Positions 44,250 to 57,661 of a stretch of 64,000 bases of DNA are shown here, one piece after another. Each line of letters opens with the position of its first letter. Position 1 is the stretch's first letter. A model generated the notes under the pieces. It did no database searches. It was not told the origin of the DNA and was given only the letters and a program-made list of their open reading frames with translations. Made by a program: the position numbers and the translations under genes. The stretch is taken from the NCBI GenBank assembly GCA_002269645.1, contig NIVC01000126.1, positions 620,001-684,000 on the forward strand. The letters run 5' to 3'. The DNA is from Macrostomum lignano. Lineage: Eukaryota.

Positions 44250-45070
44250 AACTGTGGGATTGATGGGGTGTACAATTTGAGGGTGTGGGATCGATGGGGT
44301 GTACAATTTGAGTGTGTGGGATCGATGGGGTGTACAATTGGAGGGTGTGGGATCGATGGGGTGTACAATTTGAGGGTGTGGGATCGATGGGGTGTACAAT
44401 TGGAGGGTGTGGGATAAATGGGTGAACAATTGAAGGGTGTGGGATTGATGGGTGAACAATTGAAGGGTGTGGGATAAATGGGTGAACAATTGAAAAGTGT
44501 GGGATTGATGGGTGAACAATTGAAGGGTGTGGGATTGATTGGTGAACAATTGAAGGGTGTGGGATAAATGGGTGAACAGTTGAAAAGTGTGGGATCGATG
44601 GGTGAACAATTGAAGGGTGTGGGATAAATGGGTGAACAATTGAAGGGTGTGGGATTGATTGGTGAACAATTGAAGGGTGTGGGATAAATGGGTGAACAGT
44701 TGAAAAGTGTGGGATCGATGGGTGAACAATTGAAGGGTGTGGGATAAATGGGTGAACAATTGAAGGGTGTGGGATCGATGGGTGAACAATTGAAGGGTGT
44801 GGGATAAATGGGTGAACAATTGAAGGGTGTGGGATCGATGGGTGAACAATTGAAGGGTGTGGGATAAATGGGTGAACAATTGAAGGGTGTGGGATTGATG
44901 GGTGAACAATTGAAGGGTGTGGGATTGATGGGTGAACAATTGAAGGGTGGGGGATTGATGGGTGAACAATTGAAGGGTGTGGGATTGATGGGTGAACAAT
45001 TGGAGGGTGTGGGATCGATGGGTGAACAATTGAAGGGTGTGGGATTGATTGGTGAACAATTGAAGGGTGT
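44250..45070. repeat. 30-bp minisatellite (GGGTGAACAATTGAAGGGTGTGGGATTGAT)n
   Basis: Tandem units. Confidence 0.93.
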
Positions 45071-45343
45071 AACGTAACGGGATAGTTAAAGAGTACATTG
45101 CAACACATCAGTTAGCAGTTAGGACAGGTATATATTAGTAGCAGAAATCGGAATCGAATGAATAGCAACATTTGAGCAGTCTCAACAGTAACTTCGGCTA
45201 GTTAACCATGCAAGTGAGCAGCATTTGGCAACAACTGTTACTTTTTAATAATCAGATATGTCTGTTTTACCCGAACACACAAATTTGGCGTGTTACAATC
45301 AGGAGCTCCAATCAGAAGGTGACTAGGACTGGGTGTCGAACAG

Positions 45344-48300
45344 CTACTCAGACTTGACTTTGTCCCCGGCATCGCCGCTCGATGGCTCGGCCTCGTCAAA
45401 GCTCTGGCCGAATTCGTTTGTGCGACTTTTGTCCACGGGGTACAGCCTGATGGGGGATGGGGTGGATGGCGGATAGATCTCAGGAGAGATATGGGATAGA
45501 TCTCACGATAGATATGGGATAGATCTCAGATAGATATGGAATGGATCTCAGGATACATATGGCACAGATCCCAGGATAGATATGGGATAGATTTCAGGAT
45601 AGATATGTCACAGATCCCAGGATAGATATGGGATAGATCTCCCGATAGATATGGGATAGATCTCAGGATAGATATGGAATGGATCTCAGGATAGATATGG
45701 AATGGATTTCAGGATAGATATGGGATAGATCTCAGGATAGATATGGGATAGATCTCAGGATAGATATGGGATAGATCTCAGGATAGATATGGAATGGATC
45801 TCAGGATAGATATGGAATGGATCTCAGGATAGATATGGGATAGATCTCAGGATAGATATGGGATAGATCTCACGATAGATATGGGATAGATCTCACGATA
45901 GATATGGGATAGATCTCAGGATAGATATGGGATAGATCTCAGAGACATGGGATAGATATGGAATAGATCTCAGAATATATAAGGGATAGATCTCAGAGAC
46001 ATGGGATACATATGGAATAGATCTCAGACATAGGATAGATTTCGGGATGGATATGGAATAGGGTTCAGGATAGATATGGGATAGATTTTGGGATAGATAT
46101 GGGATAGATTTTGGGATAGATATGGAATAGAGTTTAGGATATATATGGGATATTTTGGGATGGATTTTAGGATAGATGTCGAATATAAACGTAAAAAAAT
46201 ATCGAATTAAAAAATCGGCCTCACCAGCGCTGGTACATGTAGATGATGAAGATGACGTCATCGCGGAAGCAGGCCAGCCGGTGCGCGGTGGGCATTCGGA
46301 TAATAAAAGCAAACAGGTCGTCAATGAAGGTATTGAAGGCTTTGTAGGTCAGCGCCTTCCACGGCAGGTGGGCCACGGATTTCATTTTGTAGTTAATGAA
46401 CAGCTGAGGCGTCATGAACAGGAAGCCGAAGGCGTACACACCTGGGGAGGGGCGGGAAGGTGTAGGGTTGACAGCTGAACAGAGGCTGGCCCGGCAACTG
46501 ACACTCTGGGAGGCTGGCCCAGCAACTGAAACTCTGGGAGGCTAGCCCAGCAACTGATGAGGATCTGAGAGGCTGGCCCAGCAACTGATGAGGATCTGAG
46601 AGGCTGGCCCGCAACTGATGAGGATCTGGGAGGCTGGCCCGCAACTGATGAGGATCTGGGAGGCTGGCCCGCAACTGATGAGGATCTGGGAGGCTGGCCC
46701 GCAACTGATGAGGATCTGGGAGGCTGGCCCAGCAGCTGAGGATCTGGGAAGGTGGCGGTGGCCTTGCAACTGACACTCTGGGAGGCTGGCCCAGCAACTG
46801 ACACCCTGGGAGGCTGGCCCAGCAACTGACACTCTGGGAGGCTGGCCCAGTAACTGACACCCTGGGAGGCTGGCCCAGCAACTGACACCCTGGGAGGCTG
46901 GCCCAGCAACTGACACTCTGGGAGGCTGGCCCGGCAACTGACACTCTGGGAGGCTGGCCCAGCAACTGACACTCTGGGAGGCTGGCCCAGCAACTGACAC
47001 CCTGGGAGGCTGGCCCAGCAACTGACACTCTGGGAGGCTGGCCCAGCAACTGACACCCTGGGAGGCTGGCCCAGCAACTGACACTCTGGGAGGCTGGCCC
47101 GGCAACTGACACTCTGGGAGGCTGGCCCAGCAACTGACACTCTGGGAGGCTGGCCCAGCAACTGAAGATCTGGGAGGCTGGTGGTCCAGCAAATTCCGGT
47201 TAACTTGATGCAGCAAAACCTCGGAGCGCAGTCTCCTGAACATCGCTGTACTCATAGAAGGCACAAGTTCTCATCTAAAACCAACTCCAGCGATTGCTCA
47301 TTCGGTGGTACAAAAAGAGGAGCTTCAAGTGTGCTCAGGAAACTGCAGGCCTCACCCCAGCATTTCAACCTCGAGCTGAGGCAGGCTAGGAAGAGAGGCA
47401 AAGTGAAAGCAAACAGAAGAGGAACATTCAGAGCACCTCTCTTATCTATTTTTCTGCGCTAAAACTTTTCAAAGGGGTATGCAGTTAGTGCAATAAGTAT
47501 ATCGGCAGATATCTGACATTGATAGGACAAAAATTGATACAAAAAGCCAATATCCCTGTCTGGCCCAGGCTCTCGGAGAGATAAGGAAGTAAGCTAGGCT
47601 GAGTATCAATGCTTTGTGAGATGCGAGTGAGGAGGGAAGGGCTACTACTATATATAGTGGCCACTGCTCACTCCCATACAGGAAGACAGGCTATCCGGCT
47701 CTCTTAGGGAGGGATATAAATACACAGCCGCATATGACAGCCAGCGATGACTGCTGCGACCTTGAATGACCCCTCCCTATTGTTGACATTACAGCATTAC
47801 AGACAACATAGCCGTTTGCAGACAGAAACAGCCAAAAACAGACAGTTACAGACAAAACAGCCAAAAACAGGCAGTTACAGACAGAACAGCCAAAAAACAA
47901 TCAGTTACAGACAGAAACAGCCAAAAACAGGCAGTTGCAGACAGAAACAGCCAAAAACAGGCAGTTACAGACAAAAACAGCCAAAAACAGGCAGTTGCAG
48001 ACAGAAACAGCCAAAAACAGGCAGTTACAGACAAAACAGCCAAAAACAGGCAGTTACAGACAAAACAGCCAAAAACAGACAGTTACAGACAGAAACAGCC
48101 AAAAAACAGGCAGTTACAGACAGAAACAGCCAAAACACGCAGTTACAGACAGAAATCGCCAAAAACAGGCAGTTACAGACAGAAACAGCAAAAAAACAGA
48201 CAGTTACAGATAAAACAATTAGAAATGGTCAGCCCTACAAATTCTACTATGGATTGAGAAACAAGATCACTCACAATTCGCCATGCTGTTGATAGTCCAA

Positions 48301-51300
48301 GAGTACCAGGACTTGTGCGGCACGTACATCAGCGAGTAGATTGGGGCTCCTGCGCACAGAGGCAGCATCACATAGGACAGATAGCGAGTGCCCTGGGAAT
48401 CCAGGGCCCCGGTCTTGCGCTCCGCCTCCGATCGGGGCGCCCAGGCCAGGCCGCGAAAGCTGATTGACACCTCGAAGATGCGATGCAGGTGAGGGGGCGG
48501 CAGTAACAGCTGTTGATTACAGGGGTCAATGACCCCCCCCTTAGAATCCAAACAACAATTGAGATTCGAGACCCTAGGGGCAATGACCTCCTTTGAACCC
48601 AAGCCACAATTGAGGTTCCAGACCCTAGGGGCAATGACCTCCTTTGAACCCAAGCCACAATTGAGGTTCCAGACCCTAGGGGCAATGACCTCCTTTGAAC
48701 CCAAGCCACAATTGAGGTTCGAGACCCCACCCCAGGTACATGAAATTCGAAAACCACTCACAGTTGACTTCAGAAGCCACTGATTCCAGAGGTTAATGAG
48801 TAGTGACTCCCCGAGACCAAAAAATGCGCCGACCGACTTTTTATTAAAAAACCGATATCTTTTTATTAACGGAAACATCAATTGACACGTCAGGGGGTCA
48901 TTGACCTCCCCTTAAAGGAAACATCCAATCGACACGCCAGGGGGTCAGTGACCTCCCCTAAAAGGAAATATCCAATCGACACGCCAGGGGTCAGTGACCT
49001 CCCCTTAAAGGAAACATCAATCGACACGCCAGGGATCAGTGACCTCCCCTTAAAGGAAACATCAATCGACACGCCTGGGGTCAGTGACCTCCCCTTTAAG
49101 GAAACATCAATCGACACGCCAGTGGGTCAGTGACCTCCCCTTAAGGAAAACATCAATCGACACGCCAGTGGGTCATTGACCTCCCCTTAAAGGAAACATT
49201 AATCGACACGCCAGGGGTCAGTGGGTCAGTGACCTCCCCTTTGCCGAAAAATCGATATTCTGGCCCAGAGGGTCAGTGACCTCCCCTTTGCTGAAAAATC
49301 GATATTCTGGCCCAGAGGGTCAGTGACCTCTCCTTTGCCGAAAAATCGATATTCTGGCCCAGAGGGTCAGTGACCTCTCCTTTGCCGAAAAATCGATATT
49401 CTGGCCCAGAGGGTCAGTGACCTCCCCTTTGCCGAAAAATCGATATTCTGGCCCAGAGGGTCAGTGACCTCCCCTTTGCTGAAAAATCGATATTCTGGCC
49501 CAGAGGGTCAGTGACCTCTCCTTTGCCGAAAAATCGATATTCTGGCCCAGAGGGTCAGTGACCTCTCCTTTGCCGAAAAATCGATATTCTGGCCCAGAGG
49601 GTCAGTGACCTCTCCTTTGCCGAAAAATCGATATTCTGGCCCAGAGGGTCAGTGACCTCCCCTTGCTGAAAAATCGATATTCTGGCCCAGAGGGTCAGTG
49701 ACCTCTCCTTTGCCGAAAAATCGATATTCTGGCCCAGAGGGTCAGTGACCTCTCCTTTGCCGAAAAATCGATATTCTGGCCCAGAGGGTCAGTGACCTCT
49801 CCTTTGCCGAAAAATTGATATTCTGGCCCAGAGGGTCAGTGACCTCCCCTTTGCTGAAAAATCGATATTCTGGCCCAGAGGGTCAGTGACCCCACTGCCA
49901 AAACCGAAAAGCGCCCCGAGCCTCACCTTGAACACCTTGGACAATTTCCACAGTTCGATGACGAGCTGCACAGCGGCGGGTGCCACCACCAGCAGGCTGG
50001 TCTTCTCCTCGGCCAGGTACAGCAGCACCACAAAGCCGCTGATGCAGCGCCACAACACGGCAGTGCTGGAGATGCCCACACTGCGGTCCATCTGGCGCCA
50101 GAATGCGATATCATTTTTGAAAGCCAGGAAATCGAAGACCAGGTGAAAGACGGACACGAAGATGGTCAGCAGCAGCAGGTAGAAATTGGTGTCGTTAAAA
50201 ATTGCCTTCACATCGTCGATGTCGGTGTCGCGAAAGCCGAAGCTTTTCAACGATTCGACGGAGAGTTCCAGGGTCTGCAGGAGGCGAAGCTGCCCGATGC
50301 TCACGGGCTCGAAGCGGAGGGTGAGCAGGGCGCGAGTGTCCGTGGAGTTCACCTGGACCAGGTCGGCCTCTTTGAATGACAGCCGGCTGGCTGAGATGAT
50401 TGGCAGGTAGGCGTCCTGCGACTGAAGCCTGCATGCGGGGAATGAATTGATGGGGAATTCCATAAATATTATATGACCTTGAGGTGATTCCGATTATTTT
50501 ATCTAGATATATGACCTTGGGGAAATTCCACCAACGTTATATGACTCTGGGGGTATTCCATCAATGTTATTTGACCTTGGGGTAATTCCATAAATATTAT
50601 ATGACCTTGAGGTAATTCCATAAATATTATATGACCTTGAGGTAATTCCATAAATATTATATGACCTTGAGGTGATTCCATAAATATTATATGACCTTGA
50701 GGTAATTCCATAAATATTATATGACCTTGTGGTAATTCCATAAATATTATATGACCTTGAGGTAATTCCATCATATTATATGACCTTGAGGTGATTCCGA
50801 TTATTTTATCTTGATATATGACCTTGGGGAAATACCACCAACGTTATATGACTCTGGGGGTATTCCATCAATGTTATTTGACCTTGGGGAAACTCCATCA
50901 ATGCTATATGACCTTAAGGGAATTTGATAAATACCATACGGCCTTGAGGAAAGTCCATAAATATTATAGGACCTTGGGAAAACTTTAAGTAGATTCCACC
51001 CATCCAGGCGACCTTTCAGATTCAACACATTCCACACACTGACCTTGAGGAGGCTATCAAAGTAGATTGCCACTAGGGGGGACATTCCAATTAGACGGAT
51101 GACTTTACGGGCCTCAGATGGCCTTGGGGAAGAATATACTACTAGTATTTCAGATAACCTTGGGGGAACTCCAATTCATCTAGATGACTTTAGTGGCATT
51201 CAAATGGTAAAAAAATCGGGGCATCAGGGGTTCGAAATTCACAGAAAGCAGCAAAGTCCGACGCCTCACTTAACAAGATGCTGCAGCTCCGGTGGAAAAG

Positions 51301-51519
51301 CATTCCGATCGAAGGCGAAAGGCGAATTCAGCGAGTTGATGGTCAGCACCGAGCGCCAGTGAATCCAAGGTGAGTCCGACTGCTAGCGGAGGGGCGGGTT
51401 TGCTTTTATGCGCCCGTGATACTAGTAACTAAATTAACACAGGTAATTCCATTCGTCGTGCAAGCGTTCCTCTTCAATATGGTAACTTATCTACAATAGC
51501 CCATACATCTATCCACACA

Positions 51520-51562
<43 letters not shown>

Positions 51563-51821
51563 CTAACCACAAGAATACACACATATAACCACAAGAATAC
51601 ACACATATAACCACAAGAATACACACATATAACAACAAAAACACACATCTATGACACAAGAACACAAATCTAACCACAAGAACGCACACAGCTATCCACA
51701 AGAACACACGCATCTTTCTACATTAACACACACAAATCTATCACACAATAACACACATCTATCCACAATAGAACACACATCTAACCACAAGAACACACAT
51801 ACACACATATCCATCCACAAG

Positions 51822-51860
<39 letters not shown>

Positions 51861-54491
51861 CTAACCACAAGAACACACATACACACATATCCATCCACAA
51901 GAACACACACACACACACATCTATCCACAAAAACACACACACACATCTAACCACAAGAACACGTCTCTAACCACAAGAACACGTCTCTAACCACAAGAAC
52001 ACACACACACACATATCCATCCACAAGAACACACACACATATCCATTCACAAGAACACACACACATATCCATCCACAAGAACACACACACATCTATCCAC
52101 AAACACACACACACACACATCTATCCACAAAAACACACACAGATCTAACCACAAGAACACACACATCTAACCATAAGAACGCACAAATCTATCCACAAGA
52201 ACACACATCTAACCACGAGAACACACATCTATCACACAAACACATCTATCCACAATAGAACACACATCTAACCACAAGAACGCACAAATCTATCCACAAG
52301 AACGCACAAGTCTATCACACAAGAACACACAAATATATCACACAAGAACACACATCTATCCACAAGAACACAAATTGCATTAGCAAAGCCTCACTTTCGC
52401 ACTTTCGCTGCCAACGCCCAACTTTGATGACGAATCCCCGCCGGCTCCCAGAAGGTTCCGAGCTCGAGCCCCAGGCTTCCTGAAGGCCGTCACGGTGATG
52501 GTGCTGTGAACAGCGTCAGGAGAGTGAACGCCGTGACTGGCACCCTCGGGGAACAGTGCCAGAGTGATCTGGTAGTCAGAAGCATTCTTTACTACTTGAA
52601 CCGGCAGAGGCACAGAGAAGGTGCTGCAAGAAACAAGGGAAGACAATTTATGTTCCAGGTGGATTAATGTCTACGGCTAGCAGGGTCTGCGATATTCACA
52701 GGTCTCTGCTAGACTAAGAATCTTTGCATTTAACAAATCAGTAATATGCTTGCCTTTACATGTAAATATGTACAGAATCTGTCAGGCTGCTGTGTTCTGT
52801 TGTGTGTGCTGTTTTGTGTGCTGTTGTGTGTGCTGTTGTGTGTTGTTGTGTGTGCTGTTATGTGTGCTGTTTTGTGTGCTGTTTTGTGTGTTGTTGTGTG
52901 TGCTGTTATGTGTGCTGTTTTGTGTGTTGTTTTGTGTGTTGTTGTGTGTGCTGTTGTGTGTGCTGTTTTGTGTGTTGTTGTGTGTGCTGTTGTGTGTGCT
53001 GTTTTGTGTGTTGTTGTGTGTGCTGTTATGTGTGCTGTTTTGTGTGTTGTGTGCTGTTTTGTGTGTTGTGTGCTGTTACGTGGTGTTGCGCATATAACAT
53101 TAAGAAACCAGTCCAGATTTCACGCACCGTTCGAAGGGCTCCGTCAGTTTGAGGCTCCGCTCGGCGAAGATGAACTCCGCTTTGGTGCCCGGAACCGCTG
53201 AAGCCCTGCCGTAGAGCTCGAGCTGCGAGTTGGTTAGGTGCCAGTTCGAGTTTTTTGGTATCTAACCACAGTAAATCAATATCTACCCACAGTAACCCCA
53301 GTGTCTACCCACAGTAGACCAATATCTATCCACAATAGCCAATATCTATCCTCAATAACTCAATATCTATCCTCAATAACTCAATATCTATCCTCAATAA
53401 CTCAATATCTATCCACAATAACTCAATATCTATCCACAATAACTCAATATCTATCCACAATAACTCAATATCTATCCTCAATAACTCAATATCTATCCAC
53501 AATAACTCAACATCTATCCTCAATAACTCAATATCTATCCACAATAACTCAATATCTATCCACAATAACTCAATATCTATCCTCAATAACTCAATATCTA
53601 TCAACAATAACTCAATATCTATCCACAATAACTCAATATCTATCCACAATAACTCAATATCTATCCTCAATAACTCAACATCTATCCACAATAACTCAAT
53701 ATCTATCCTCAATAACTCAATATCTATCCACAATAACTCAACATCTATCCTCAATAACTCAATATCTATCCACAATAACTCAACATCTATCCTCGATAAC
53801 TCAATATCTATCCACAATAACTCAACATCTATCCTCAATAACTCAATATCTATCCACAATAACTCAACATCTATCCACAATAACTCAATATCTATCCACA
53901 ATAACTCAACATCTATCCACAATAACTCAATATCTATCCACAATAACTCAACATCTATCCACAATAACTCAATATCTATCCACAATAACTCAACATCTAT
54001 CCACAATAACTCAATATCTATCCACAATAACTCAACATTTATCCATGTTGTACAGTAACCTAATATCTATCCACGACAACCCTCGATCTATCTACAGTAA
54101 CCAAATATCTATCCACAATAACCCTCCATCTATCTACAGCCCCCCAATATCGATCCACAGTAGCCCAATATCTGTCAAAACTAACGCTAATATGCTTTAA
54201 AATATGTCGAATACGTAAACTTCCCAAGCTACTCAAATATCTATCTACAATAACTCAAAAACCTAATCAGTTTAAAGTAAATACTCTGAACGCCAAAAAG
54301 TCAGCCTCCATTCAGCCTGCATCACTCACGGTAAACTTGGCTTTGCCCAAAGGAAACGCTGGCTGCAAGCAGTAGGCAGTGGACGAGGAGGCCGTGCATT
54401 CTTTCGGATAGAAGATGGACAGAAACTGGTAGCCCACGTAGGCCACGTAGATGCAGGCCAGACTGATCAGAACTCCGCCGAATGAAGGCAT
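45344..54491 (-). CDS. CLPTM1L: Cleft lip and palate transmembrane protein 1-like (lipid scramblase), complete, 8 exons, ~537 aa
   Basis: Exons (minus) 54491-54330, 53222-53128, 52623-52395, 51379-51270, 50428-49927, 48470-48275, 46441-46225, 45446-45344; 1614 nt, phase-consistent. Motifs FDFLAFKNDIAFW, HKSWYSWTINS, YAFGFLFMTPQLFINYKMKSVAHLPWK, HRLACFRDD, YQRWLYPVDK..NEFG. Confidence 0.95.
45470..46175. repeat. 22-bp minisatellite (GGATAGATATGGGATAGATCTC)n, CLPTM1L intron 7
   Basis: Tandem units. Confidence 0.9.
46475..47180. repeat. 28-bp minisatellite (GCAACTGACACTCTGGGAGGCTGGCCCA)n, CLPTM1L intron 6
   Basis: Tandem units with a GATGAGGATCT variant block. Confidence 0.92.
47815..48215. 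repeat. 30-bp minisatellite (ACAGAAACAGCCAAAAACAGGCAGTTACAG)n, CLPTM1L intron 6
   Basis: Tandem units. Confidence 0.9.
48520..49895. repeat. Three successive arrays (51-, 45- and 47-bp units) sharing a GG(T/G)CA-N-TGACC core, CLPTM1L intron 5
   Basis: 47-mer GGGTCAGTGACCTCCCCTTTGCCGAAAAATCGATATTCTGGCCCAGA x~15; 45-mer TCGACACGCCAGGGGTCAGTGACCTCCCCTTAAAGGAAACATCAA; 51-mer containing GGGGCAATGACCT. Confidence 0.92.
50440..51000. repeat. 30-bp minisatellite (ATATGACCTTGAGGTAATTCCATAAATATT)n, CLPTM1L intron 4
   Basis: Tandem units. Confidence 0.9.
51495..52375. repeat. CA-rich compound repeat (CTATCCACAAGAACACACACAT / (CA)n), CLPTM1L intron 3
   Basis: Direct reading. Confidence 0.88.
52790..53080. 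repeat. TG-rich repeat (TGTGTGCTGTT)n, CLPTM1L intron 2
   Basis: Direct reading. Confidence 0.88.
53270..54170. repeat. 21-bp minisatellite (TATCTATCCACAATAACTCAA)n, CLPTM1L intron 1
   Basis: Tandem units. Confidence 0.93.
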
Positions 54492-54694
54492 TTCTTTTTA
54501 AAATAAAAATCTGTTAGTAAGGAATGATCTACTGATGAGTAGTGAAGTCGAATTTTTATCGAAGATCAGTTTAAAATCGAAGCATTGTCATGAATTTACG
54601 CGTGCAAAATTGACGATTAAAGAGTGGGATTCATTAATTCAAAAAGTTTTCGTTTGGCTACTATCAGTAGTGAGTAGTAGGAAGTAGTGGGTGT

Positions 54695-56915
54695 CAAATT
54701 CAATGTCAGGATGCCAAACTCAATGTCAGAATGTCAAACTCAATGTCAGGATGCCAAACTCAATGTCAGAATGTCAAACTCAATGTCAGGCTGCCAAACT
54801 CAATGTCAGGATGCCGAACTCAATGTCAGGCTGCCAAACTCAATGTCAGGATGCCGAACTCAATGTCAGGATGCCGAACTCAATGTCAGGATGTCAAACT
54901 CAATGTCAGGATGTCAAAATCAATGTCAGGATGCCGAACTCAATGTCAGAATGTCAAACTCAATGTCAGGCTGCCAAACTCAATGTCAGGATGCCGAACT
55001 CAATGTCAGGCTGCCGAACTCAATGTCAGGATGCCGAAATCAATGTCAGGATGCCGAACTCAATGTCAGGATGCCAAACTCAATGTCAGAATGTCAAACT
55101 CAATGTCAGCACGTCAAAATCAATGTCAGGATGCCAAACTCAATGTCAGGATGCCAAACTCAATGTCAGGATGTCAAAATCAATGTCAGGATGCCAAACT
55201 CAATGTCAGGATGTCAAACTCAATGTCAGGATGCCAAACTCAATGTCAGAATGTCAAACTCAATGTCAGGCTGCCAAACTCAATGTCAGGATGCCGAACT
55301 CAATGTCAGGATGTCAAAATCAATGTCAGGATGCCGAACTCAATGTCAGAATGTCAAAATCAATGTCAGGATGCCAAACTCAATGTCAGAATGTCAAAAT
55401 GAATGTCAGGATGTCAAACTCAATGTCAGGATGCCAAACTCACTGTCAGGATGCTAAACTCAATGTCAGGATGCCAAACTGAATGTCAGGACGCCAAACT
55501 GAATGTCAGGACGCCAAACTCAATGTCAGGATGCCGAACTTAATGTCAGGATGCCAAACACAATGTCAAGATGCCAAACTCAATGTCAAGATGCCAAACT
55601 CAATGTCAGGATGCCGAACTTAATGTCAGGAGGCCAAACTCAATGTCAGGATGTCAAAATCAATGTCAGGATGCCAAACTCAATGTCAGGATGTCAAAAT
55701 CAATGTCAGGATGCCAAACTCAATGTCAGGATGTCAAAATCAATGTCAGGATGCCAAACTCAATGTCAGGATGCCAAACTCAATGTCAGCACGTCAAAAT
55801 CAATGTCAGGATGCCAAACTCAATGTCAGGATGCCAAACTCAATGTCAGGATGTCAAAATCAATGTCAGGATGCCAAACTCAATGTCAGGATGTCAAACT
55901 CAATGTCAGGATGCCAAACTCAATGTCAGAATGTCAAACTCAATGTCAGGCTGCCAAACTCAATGTCAGGATGCCGAACTCAATGTCAGGATGTCAAAAT
56001 CAATGTCAGGATGCCGAACTCAATGTCAGAATGTCAAAATCAATGTCAGGATGCCAAACTCAATGTCAGAATGTCAAAATGAATGTCAGGATGTCAAACT
56101 CAATGTCAGGATGCCAAACTCACTGTCAGGATGCTAAACTCAATGTCAGGATGCCAAACTGAATGTCAGGACGCCAAACTGAATGTCAGGACGCCAAACT
56201 CAATGTCAGGATGCCGAACTTAATGTCAGGATGCCAAACACAATGTCAAGATGCCAAACTCAATGTCAAGATGCCAAACTCAATGTCAGGATGCCGAACT
56301 TAATGTCAGGAGGCCAAACTCAATGTCAGGATGTCAAAATCAATGTCAGGATGCCAAACTCAATGTCAGGATGTCAAAATCAATGTCAGGATGCCAAACT
56401 CAATGTCAGGATGTCAAAATCAATGTCAGGATGCCGAACTCAATGTCAGGATGCCAAACTGAATGTCAAGATGCCAAACTCAATGTCAGGATGCCGAACT
56501 TAATGTCAGGATGCCAAACTCAATGTCAGGATGCCGAACTTAATGTCAGGATGCCAAACTCAATGTCAGGATGCCAAACTCAATGTCAGGATGCCAAACT
56601 CAATGTCAGGATGCCAAACTCAATGTCAGGATGCCGAACTCAATGTCAGGACGCCAAACTCAATGTCAGGCTGCCAAACTCAATGTCAGGATGCCGAACT
56701 CAATGTCAGGATGCCAAACTCAATGTCAGGATGCCAAACTCAATGTCAGGACGCCAAACTCAATGTCAGGACGCCAAACTCAATGTCAGGACGCCAAACT
56801 GAATGTCAGGACGCCAAAATGAATGTCAAACATGTCGAAATTAATGTCAAACATGTCAAAATTAATGTCAAACATGTCAAAATGAATGTCAAACATGTCG
56901 AAATGAATGTCAGGA
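54695..56915. repeat. 20-bp minisatellite (CAATGTCAGGATGCCAAACT)n, ~110 units with a 680-bp higher-order duplication
   Basis: Diagnostic variants recur at +680 (55101/55781, 55441/56121). Confidence 0.95.
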
Positions 56916-57661
56916 TACCAGGATTACTTTCAAATCGTACTGCATATTAAATTTAAAACAAGGAAAGACCGCACAAACACGTACAAAGCTCAAATAAATT
57001 GAAAATTTGCTTTTCAGCAGTTTGTCTTTATTGGCTGTTATATTTATCGATCACGCAGGTGTTCAAGGCAGGCAGAAGCATAAATATTATGAGAATAAAC
57101 ACACAAGGGATTAAATATATAGGAAAAAGTAGCGTCAAATTGGACAAAAAAATTCACAAAAACAGCGCCGAGAGCACGCTTGCAAGGCCGAGTAAAATGA
57201 GTCGTGCATTTTCAAATGTGCAACAATATAACAAAATAATAATAATAATTAGGCAAACAAACAGTGCACAGCAAAATGTTTAGCAGAGTGATCGCTGGCA
57301 GCTAAATTAAACACACAATACGCATATTATATTACTCCTACTACTGCTAAATAGTAATTAGCAACTACAAAAGGGTAAAATTCTACAACGGTTCACATCT
57401 GCTTAATAGCAAACACCGTTGCCATAGTAACACAGTTGCCACACAATATTTGGCGGGAATGCAAGCGGAGGGCTAATTGGAGCGCAAAAATGGTTATTAC
57501 GTTCGTAATAATGTTGCAAATAATTAATTATAGGATTCTGCTGCCTACACGGTGCAATGTGTGCAGGAACTCATCGACACATCGGGGCAGAAATCACAAA
57601 AGGACGGAGATAAAAGTCATTCTCATAAAATTGCGACACATTACATTTGCTTTTGAGACAC

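Noticed and set aside
47181-47760. Unique island in CLPTM1L intron 6 as an extra exon or retroelement fragment
   Set aside because: The CLPTM1L protein is complete without it, short frames show no recognisable motif, and there is no RT or transposase similarity.
53238-56950. Cys/Gln-rich and ITQYLS repeat ORFs
   Set aside because: Products of the 21- and 20-bp arrays; the 20-bp period cycles through all three frames identically.
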